DNA from: a bacterium
Lineage (GTDB): Bacteria > SZUA-182 > DTGQ01
NCBI GenBank assembly: GCA_040752695.1
Contig: JBFMGO010000108.1
Coordinates: forward strand, 1 to 20,409
Direction of reading: 5' to 3'
DNA length: 20,409 nt
Below the pieces are notes generated by a model. That model saw nothing but the letters and a program-made list of their open reading frames with translations. It had not been told where the DNA came from and searched no databases. This document shows, piece by piece, positions 8,403 through 15,212 of this stretch (the first letter of the stretch is position 1; the number at the start of each line of letters is the position of its first letter). Both the position numbers and the translations under genes were made by a program.

Positions 8403-9785
8403 ATGGATTACGACGTTATCATCATCGGTGCCGGGCTGTCCGGTCTGGCCGCAGGGATACGGCTGGCTCATTTTGGCCAGCGGGTCTGTATTTTGGAAAA
8501 ACACGGCAGGGTAGGGGGATTGAATTCCTACTATCCCATACAGGGCCGCATTACTGATGTCGGCCTCCATGCCATGACCAATTACGTGCCCAAATCCGTG
8601 AAATCCGCTCCTTTAGTCAAGATATTGCGGCAGCTTCGGCTATCCTATGATGATTTACAACTCTGCCCTCAAGCCACATCCCGCATCATCTTTCCGGAAA
8701 AGGAACTGCAATTTACGAATGATTTTCATTTCCTGGTCCAGGAAATTGCCGACAAATTCCCCGGCCAGGTTGACCGCTTCATGAAGCTCACCAGATCTCT
8801 GGTCAGCTATGACGACTTCTCCCTGGGAGAAAAATCAGTCTCAACCCGCACGGTCTTAAACTCTTTTCTCTCCGACCCTCTTTTGATCGAAATGCTTCTG
8901 TGCCCGGTCCTATTTTACGGAAGCCCGAAGGAAGATGACATTGATTTTTCGCAATTTTCCATTCTCTTTAGAAGTATCTTCACCGAAGGATTTGCCCGGC
9001 CCCGACAGGGAATGCAACAGATACTTCACCTTCTGGTCGAAAAATACCGGGAAAGCGGCGGAGAGTTGAGAACCCGCTGCCAGGCTCATCATCTCGGTAT
9101 CCAAAAGGATCTGGTAGCTGAAGTGCACCTGGCAGATGGAGAGATACTGGGGGCGAAAACCTTCATCTCGAGCATCGGCCTTCCCGAAACACGGGCACTG
9201 TGCTCTCATTGGGAGCCTTTGGCCCAAGAGCCGGAGCCTGGAGAATTATCTTTTATCGAATCCATCCTGTTTACCGATGTTTTCCCTTCTCAAGCCCTTG
9301 GGTTTGAGCCTACCATTCTCTTTTATAGTGATAGCGACCGCTTTTGCTATAAGAAGCCTGACGGCCCGGTCGACCTGTCAAGCGGCGTAGTGTGCTGTCC
9401 CAATAACTACCAACTTACAGAGCCGATGCCAGAGGGAATAATCCGCCTTACTCATCTGGCGAATTTCAGCCTGTGGAATGGGTTTGATGCCAGCGAATAC
9501 CGAATGGCGAAAGACCGCTGGGCCCAGGAATCAGTGAAAAAAGCCGAGCGGTTCATCCCCTGCCTGTCACAGCACATCAAGGCCCAGGATACCTTTACGC
9601 CCAAAACGGTCCTAAAATTTACCGGCAGGTGCAATGGCGCGGTTTATGGTTCGCCAGATAAGGTAAGTGACGGACGGACCCCGATCAAAAACCTCTTTAT
9701 CTGCGGAACGGATCAGGGTTGGGTGGGAATCGTCGGCACTCTTCTCAGCGGCATTACCATTGCCAATAAGTATGTTTTGTATTGA
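8403..9785 (+). CDS. Phytoene desaturase (CrtI)-like FAD-dependent oxidoreductase
   Basis: YDVIIIGAGLSGL FAD-binding motif, LEKH...GG, DVGLHA, FTPKT...FT....GAVYG, NLFICGTDQG..GIVG..LSG. Starts 8 bp after the ACP gene. Confidence 0.85.
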   Translation: MDYDVIIIGAGLSGLAAGIRLAHFGQRVCILEKHGRVGGLNSYYPIQGRITDVGLHAMTNYVPKSVKSAPLVKILRQLRLSYDDLQLCPQATSRIIFPEKELQFTNDFHFLVQEIADKFPGQVDRFMKLTRSLVSYDDFSLGEKSVSTRTVLNSFLSDPLLIEMLLCPVLFYGSPKEDDIDFSQFSILFRSIFTEGFARPRQGMQQILHLLVEKYRESGGELRTRCQAHHLGIQKDLVAEVHLADGEILGAKTFISSIGLPETRALCSHWEPLAQEPEPGELSFIESILFTDVFPSQALGFEPTILFYSDSDRFCYKKPDGPVDLSSGVVCCPNNYQLTEPMPEGIIRLTHLANFSLWNGFDASEYRMAKDRWAQESVKKAERFIPCLSQHIKAQDTFTPKTVLKFTGRCNGAVYGSPDKVSDGRTPIKNLFICGTDQGWVGIVGTLLSGITIANKYVLY

Positions 9786-9953
9786 TGTGCAGCGACTTGC
9801 AGTGATTTGTAGTGGTAGGTTATCATTGCGAATCTTTGAAAGATCGGGTAAGATACCCATATCACCCATATCAGTATTTTAGTAAGATATAAAAAGTTGG
9901 ATATTAACAGCAGATATGGAAATTAATGCATAACCAAAATATGAGAAACAGTT

Positions 9954-11900
9954 ATGTATGTTGATTTAAAAGAATTATCAGCCCGCGAAAGCGAACGGGT
10001 GGAGTGGAAAGAAAATATCGCTGATATAGATGACATTCTTAAGTCTATTACAGCCTTTGCAAATGATTATGCAAACTTAGGCGGTGGATATTTAGTATGT
10101 GGTGCCAGAGAAGGCAAGGATGAGCACGGATTCCAAAAGGTATTTTATACAGGACTGGAGGCTCAGAGGCTGAGGGAAATTAAAAGCAGGGTCTTTTCAG
10201 AGTGCAGAGATAAAGTGAACCCCGAAGTGGTACCCTCAGCCGAGGAAATTTCAGTCCCCACCGATGATTCAAAAAGAATACTTATTTTTATTATTCCAGC
10301 TACAGGGTACGCTCATTCTTATAGAGCCCGGGGGAAAGATGCTTCTACATACTATATAAGAATGGGTGACAATACCATTGAAGCAAGAAACGGCCTGCTG
10401 AGAGAATTATTAATACAAAAGAAACAACTTGAACCCTGGGATAAACGAGTTAATAATGAAGCTACTATTCAAGACATTGATTTAGTAATCTTAAGAGACT
10501 ATCTTCAAGAGATGGGTCTATGGTCTCCTAAGAAAGCCATAGAAGACTATCTTTCCGCAAAAGATAAGATTTCTGATTTTGTGCCCCCTTTAGCTGCCAG
10601 AGTTAACCTGACAAATGTTTTGAAACCAAAAAATTTTACTCTTTTAATGTTTGGCAGAAACCCTTTGGACTTTTTTGAAGGTGCATATACGAATTTTTCA
10701 ATTTATAGAGGAAAAGATAGAAGCGAACCTACTGCGGAAAGACATCAGATTACTGGTACGATTGTCCAGCAGGCAAGAAAATTGATCGAGCTTTTGAATG
10801 CCGAATCATATGTAGCTTTTGATAAAACTGCCGCCATTCCTAATCAGGTTAAATATCCTATCAGAGCTTTACAAGAGGCAGTCGTCAATGCATTAGTCCA
10901 CAGGGATTACGAATCATCTCAGCCTACACGGGTCACCGTTTTTATTGACCGAATTGAAATAAATTCTCCGGGAGCGCTGCCAAGAGCTATTGATAAGCAA
11001 AAATTTTTATCGGGAAAGGCCCACCCTCATTGGCGAAACCAGACTTTAGCCTATTTTTTTAATAAATTACAACTTGCACAAGCTGAGGGGCAGGGAATAC
11101 CGACCATTCTGAGAACAATGAGAGAGGAGGGCTGTCCGAATCCAATTTTCGAACTCGAAACGGAAAGTGTTATCTGTATATTACCAGCCCATCCAAGGCA
11201 TCAGATCATGCGAGAAATCCATGATATCGAGAATAAAATAGTTATTGGAAATTATGTCGAGGCTTTTAGTAGAATAATGGAAATCCTAAAAGAAGATCCG
11301 TATAATTTCAGAGTATTAGATTTATTTTGCGAGGTAAATAACCTTCAAAATACCCAGGAGAAAGTTTATCACTTTATTAATGAAAATAAAATTGAAATAG
11401 AAAAAATTAATCCTAACAGCCTGATAAACATTGCTGAAACACTTTCGTTTGTTAAAAATAATTCTGAAATTTCTGAGTTCGCAAATAAGATATTGTCTGT
11501 AGCAAGCTTAGGGCAACTGGAAGAGAAGTTGATATTAAGATTGGCAATTAACCTTAAGAGATTAGGTAAGGACGAGCAGGTTATTGAATTTTTGGATACT
11601 ATTTTCAAAACTCAACCCTATTTAAGTAAAAATTCCTCTTTGCTCGAAGAAAGGGCAAGAGCCAGAATGAATTTAGCAAAAATATGTATTAATACAGGCT
11701 GGAATCGAAAATATAGTGCAAAGATGAGAGCAAAAGGATGGGAAGAATGCAGGAAATATTTAAAAGATGCTGAAAGCGATTTAAATTTAGCCTTCCAAAA
11801 TGTCCAGAATCCTATAGAAAAAGATTATATACTGCAAGATTTAACATTTCTAAGGAAGATGAAGGAAAAATCACAAAAACCTTCCCAAAGCAAAAAATAG
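9954..11900 (+). CDS. Schlafen/AlbA_2 domain + HATPase_c_4 (RecG C-terminal-like) domain + helical TPR-like C-terminus
   Basis: ESERVEWKE and ITAFAND...GGGYLV.G (AlbA_2); YP..ALQEAVVNALVHRDY, IEINSPG, RN..LA, EGQGI (HATPase_c_4); the last ~230 aa are helical repeats (A...I..ILKEDPYN; L....PYL). Visibly more AT-rich than the flanks. Confidence 0.8.
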   Translation: MYVDLKELSARESERVEWKENIADIDDILKSITAFANDYANLGGGYLVCGAREGKDEHGFQKVFYTGLEAQRLREIKSRVFSECRDKVNPEVVPSAEEISVPTDDSKRILIFIIPATGYAHSYRARGKDASTYYIRMGDNTIEARNGLLRELLIQKKQLEPWDKRVNNEATIQDIDLVILRDYLQEMGLWSPKKAIEDYLSAKDKISDFVPPLAARVNLTNVLKPKNFTLLMFGRNPLDFFEGAYTNFSIYRGKDRSEPTAERHQITGTIVQQARKLIELLNAESYVAFDKTAAIPNQVKYPIRALQEAVVNALVHRDYESSQPTRVTVFIDRIEINSPGALPRAIDKQKFLSGKAHPHWRNQTLAYFFNKLQLAQAEGQGIPTILRTMREEGCPNPIFELETESVICILPAHPRHQIMREIHDIENKIVIGNYVEAFSRIMEILKEDPYNFRVLDLFCEVNNLQNTQEKVYHFINENKIEIEKINPNSLINIAETLSFVKNNSEISEFANKILSVASLGQLEEKLILRLAINLKRLGKDEQVIEFLDTIFKTQPYLSKNSSLLEERARARMNLAKICINTGWNRKYSAKMRAKGWEECRKYLKDAESDLNLAFQNVQNPIEKDYILQDLTFLRKMKEKSQKPSQSKK

Positions 11901-11984
11901 AGAAAACTTGATACCCGCCAACGAGACTTTATCTGAAACTAACTCCGATATCAAGATCTTACATACATCAAGGCATTAGAAACG

Positions 11985-13460
11985 TCAAGACCTTACGAAA
12001 GGCGGCGCATATTCGAAGGGGCGCCGCACCTGCGAGCCGTGACCAAGAGTAAGGAGCATTTGAACGGGCCGAATCCTTTCGTCAACTGCCCAGACATCTT
12101 CAGGTCTCATGTTTCTTATGGCATAAAACCATTCACTGGATTGGAAAAATCCGGGTGTATTCACCACCTCCAGGCTGATCTTCCGTTCCTGCTCGAGCTT
12201 ACTCCAAATTGCAGAGCCTGGTATTGCCCAATACCACTGAAGATATACCCTCACCCCGTAATCGAGAATAAGATTGGTTATAAAATCGAATGTTCTCAGG
12301 CAATCTTCGGTCGTATGCCAGGGGAAGCCGATGATAAAGCTGAAAACCGCCCTCTGGCTGAGGTTGAATTTTTGAAGGTGTAAGGCCGCCTGTTTAATCA
12401 GTTCAGGAGAGACGGCTTTATGGATTTTTTTCGCTTCACCCTCGCTGCTTACTTCTGCACCAACCAGAAGGTCACTGGTAAATGGTTCTAAAGCTTCAAT
12501 AAGTTCCAGGTCCTGCAAATCGACTAAGGCGGCATCATAAGTCAGCCTGTGACGGAACGAGTCTTCCGATAAGGCTTTGCATATATCGATGATTCTTCGA
12601 TGGTCGGTTGTAAAGGTGTTATCTACGATGTTAAGCTTTTTAAACCTCGTTTTTTCACAATACGGGAGTGCATGGACCAGTTGTTCCAAAGCGACTTTGG
12701 CTGAATAAGACCGCCAGCTATTTTTCCCGATAATTGAGCAAAATGTGCAGCTATTTCGACAACCGCGCGATGTTTCCACCGGCATGGTACAGTATTGTGA
12801 AGCCGGGATAAGATCATAGGCAGGGTGCCAATCGAAGGTGGTAAGATCGTGTTCTTGTACGACCTGAGGTATTGTGCCGTTCTTCGCACCAGCGCCGTTC
12901 TTCACACCAATGTCATTCTTTATACCAGCGCCATTTTTCACACCAGTGCCATTCTTCACACTGCCTTTGCACAGGGAAAAACCGGGGATCGTGTTTTCCT
13001 TACCCGGTTTGAGTGTTTCGCCCGACCTTAAGGTTTCATAGACAAGATGGATGTAATTATCAGCCTCTCCTCGAAAAAGACCATCAAAACATTCGCTTAC
13101 CATTACAGACTGAGGATAGTAAGTAGCGTGCGGCCCGCCTATGCAGGTTTTGATACCGGGATTGTTCTCCTTGACCTTTTTGGCCAGGGTTCGGATGACC
13201 GCCCAATTCAGTGAGTTAGCGCTAAAGAATATTACTTCATAGTGAAGAAGTTCCTGGATAACCTCTTCAAGTGAAATGTGGGGAGCGGCTACCCAGTCGA
13301 ATACATCACATTGATACCCCTTACGCCTCAGGTGGGCTACCAGCAGGTATACTCCAAGCGCAGGACTATCCCGGTAGGAATCCTGCATCACAGGAATCAA
13401 GGTATTATTATATAAAGTCATTACTGGACAACTGACAAACACGCAAGGTCTCGAAGGCAT
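11985..13460 (-). CDS. Cobalamin (B12)-binding domain radical SAM enzyme (class B methyltransferase-like)
   Basis: N-terminal PALGVYLLVAHLR..GY.C.VFD and IGGPHAT, GEA (B12-binding domain); ETSRGCRNSCTFC (CxxxCxxC); DNTFT; FIIGFP. The likely start is ATG 13460 (MPSRPC, with GGAG upstream) rather than 13628, because the extension runs through a large hairpin. Confidence 0.88.
   Translation of the reverse strand: MPSRPCVFVSCPVMTLYNNTLIPVMQDSYRDSPALGVYLLVAHLRRKGYQCDVFDWVAAPHISLEEVIQELLHYEVIFFSANSLNWAVIRTLAKKVKENNPGIKTCIGGPHATYYPQSVMVSECFDGLFRGEADNYIHLVYETLRSGETLKPGKENTIPGFSLCKGSVKNGTGVKNGAGIKNDIGVKNGAGAKNGTIPQVVQEHDLTTFDWHPAYDLIPASQYCTMPVETSRGCRNSCTFCSIIGKNSWRSYSAKVALEQLVHALPYCEKTRFKKLNIVDNTFTTDHRRIIDICKALSEDSFRHRLTYDAALVDLQDLELIEALEPFTSDLLVGAEVSSEGEAKKIHKAVSPELIKQAALHLQKFNLSQRAVFSFIIGFPWHTTEDCLRTFDFITNLILDYGVRVYLQWYWAIPGSAIWSKLEQERKISLEVVNTPGFFQSSEWFYAIRNMRPEDVWAVDERIRPVQMLLTLGHGSQVRRPFEYAPPFVRS
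12874..12963 (-). repeat. Five 18-bp in-frame tandem repeats inside the radical SAM gene
   Basis: On + strand: GTGCCGTTCTTCGCACCA GCGCCGTTCTTCACACCA ATGTCATTCTTTATACCA GCGCCATTTTTCACACCA GTGCCATTCTTCACACTG, encoding VKNGTG VKNGAG IKNDIG VKNGAG AKNGT. Confidence 0.9.
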
Positions 13461-13539
13461 TTTTTTTATCCGGTCTCCGCATTTTCGGGTCATCCTAAAA
13501 GAGCGTTTGCCGTCTGGCTTGCTCTTCCGGCAGGATATT

Positions 13540-13596
13540 AGCGCTTTTCCTCTCCAAAGTGGTTGTTTATCCTCTTTGTTGGAGAGGAAAAGTGCT
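13540..13596 (-). promoter_or_regulatory. Strong stem-loop between the putative precursor gene and the radical SAM gene
   Basis: AGCGCTTTTCCTCTCCAA (13540-13557) and TTGGAGAGGAAAAGTGCT (13579-13596): 18-bp arms with one mismatch and a 21-nt loop. Confidence 0.7.
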
Positions 13597-13632
13597 TTAT
13601 TTTTCACTCCAGCCCAATACTGGGTCACTGTT

Positions 13633-14031
13633 TTACATTACCGCCGATGCCTCTTCCTCGAGCGCATCCTGAAGGTTGCCGGAGCCGACAACCGTTCCGA
13701 TGATCACCGCGGCTATGACGAGAGGCGCAGGTGCCTGGCCGAATACTTGAGCCTGCCCGGCGGCAGTGAGCTGTTTCTCCGATGCCCTGTGCCCCAGGGC
13801 CACCAAGATATCTTCATCCGTGATCTTTCCGCCATCTCCAAAGGTAATTTCAATGCCAACCTTAGCCAGCATACCTTGAAAATCTTCTCTAAACTTTTTC
13901 GCCAGTTCGGGATCTCTTACCATGTCTCGGGTCAGATTCGCCAATGCTTCCTGCGAATAAGCATCCGAGAAGGCGAAGGTCATCTTGGAACCGGGTAATA
14001 CAAAAATTTTTTTTGCTCCCTCTTTTTTCAT
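13633..14031 (-). CDS. Small protein, putative RiPP precursor (NHLP/Nif11-like leader, hydrophobic core, acidic tail)
   Basis: RBS GAGGGA upstream of ATG. EALANLTRDMVRDPELAKKFREDFQGMLAKVGIEI resembles the L...A..DP.F...L..DP...L...GI leader helices. Core-like APAPLVIAAVIIGTVVG. Co-oriented and directly upstream of a B12 radical SAM gene. The CDS is confident; the function is inferred. Confidence 0.6.
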   Translation of the reverse strand: MKKEGAKKIFVLPGSKMTFAFSDAYSQEALANLTRDMVRDPELAKKFREDFQGMLAKVGIEITFGDGGKITDEDILVALGHRASEKQLTAAGQAQVFGQAPAPLVIAAVIIGTVVGSGNLQDALEEEASAVM

Positions 14032-14475
14032 AGTCTTTCCCTCATTATATGAATTGCTGGAAAAAACTCATTACGATTAAGTTCTTTCCATTACGCTTTT
14101 CGTTTAAGCAGTTCTTTTAATCCAGTGTACTTACCACTTTTCTTTATTTGATGTCGGTATGTTACTGGTAAAATCGCTATGGAAAAATTCGACTGTGAAG
14201 CCGTGGAAAGAAATGCACATTCCTGTTATGGTTGTTTTCGTATTCTATGGATTGATACCTCTTTGTTCTGATATTTGCCCGTTTTTGTTATACTTGTTAC
14301 TATAATGGAGGTAGATAGTATGAGGACTGCTGATCCAGCACTTAACTCGATCCCAGGACATTCGACAGGTATGGATCATTAGGTATGAATCCTTAACTGA
14401 TAGAGTTCGCGATGAAAATTAGTCGCAATTTTTTTGCTCACCTTTTTTCTTTTTTAAATATGTACAGGGGGAAAA

Positions 14476-14892
14476 ATGGACGGTATCAATATCATAAACC
14501 GGTCTCCTGCTATTGAAGAATACCTCTTTCTTCGAGATTCAGTTGGCTGGGGAATACCTGATGAAGAAGCAGTAAAGGAATCGATAAGAAATGCCTTATT
14601 CTCTATTTGCCTTGAAAAAGATAATAAACTCATCGGTTGTGGGCGTGTTGTCGGGGATGGAGGATTATATTTTTATGTCCAGGATATTATTGTCTTACCT
14701 GAACATCAAGGAAAGGGTTATGGGAAATTAATCATGGACGAAATAATGAGTTATATTAACCGGAAGGCAAGAAAGGGAGCATTCATTGGATTATTTTCTG
14801 CTAAAGGCATTGAAAGGTTTTACAGAAAATATGGCTTTATAGAAAGACCTGGCGATAAGTTTGGTGCAGGTATGTTTTTTGTTATAAAATGA
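14476..14892 (+). CDS. GNAT family N-acetyltransferase
   Basis: LR.SVGW, LIGCGRVVGDG, YVQDIIVLPEHQGKGYG (acetyl-CoA motif A), FYRKYGF. RBS AGGGGG. Confidence 0.92.
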   Translation: MDGINIINRSPAIEEYLFLRDSVGWGIPDEEAVKESIRNALFSICLEKDNKLIGCGRVVGDGGLYFYVQDIIVLPEHQGKGYGKLIMDEIMSYINRKARKGAFIGLFSAKGIERFYRKYGFIERPGDKFGAGMFFVIK

Positions 14893-15086
14893 AGCTATAA
14901 ATTACCTCAGAATCGAGCCTTAGTTGTCCTTTCGCTAAGCACGTAGAGCAGCAATCAATCCGTCAATCGTAGCTGCGGCTCCTGGTAGCCACTTCGAATG
15001 ACTGATGGCCACTTCGAATGGCGCATTTTTTTTAGCGATAGGCCCATTGAGTACAGGCAGCAGTGGGAATTACGCAGCCGGTTGTT

Positions 15087-15142
15087 GTAGGGGCGGCACC
15101 CTGTGGCCGCCCACGATGGGGCAAGGGCAGGCACAGGGACCT
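15087..15142 (+). repeat. GTAG-type REP palindrome plus a truncated inverted partner
   Basis: GTAG GGGCGGC ACCCTGTG GCCGCCC (15087-15112), followed by GGGCAGGCACAGGGACCT (15125-15142), which looks like a broken inverted copy. Located between convergent genes. Confidence 0.65.
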
Positions 15143-15212
15143 CGATATGGCCGCGTATTTACCGCTTACCTGTGCTTATCTCCCTGTGCCTTCTGGTTTA
15201 TTGTTGCCCGGT

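Noticed and set aside
8403..9785. Calling the CrtI-like gene a carotenoid biosynthesis gene
   Set aside because: No phytoene synthase or other crt genes nearby; the context is ACP/ketosynthase.
9790..11980. Integron cassette or IS boundaries around the Schlafen-like gene
   Set aside because: No attC-like RYYYAAC...GTTRRRY structure or terminal inverted repeats. The shared GATACCC (9852, 11910) is too short to call a target duplication.
13461..13628. 56-aa N-terminal extension of the radical SAM ORF
   Set aside because: No domain-like character, crosses an 18-bp hairpin, and a better start with GGAG exists at 13460.
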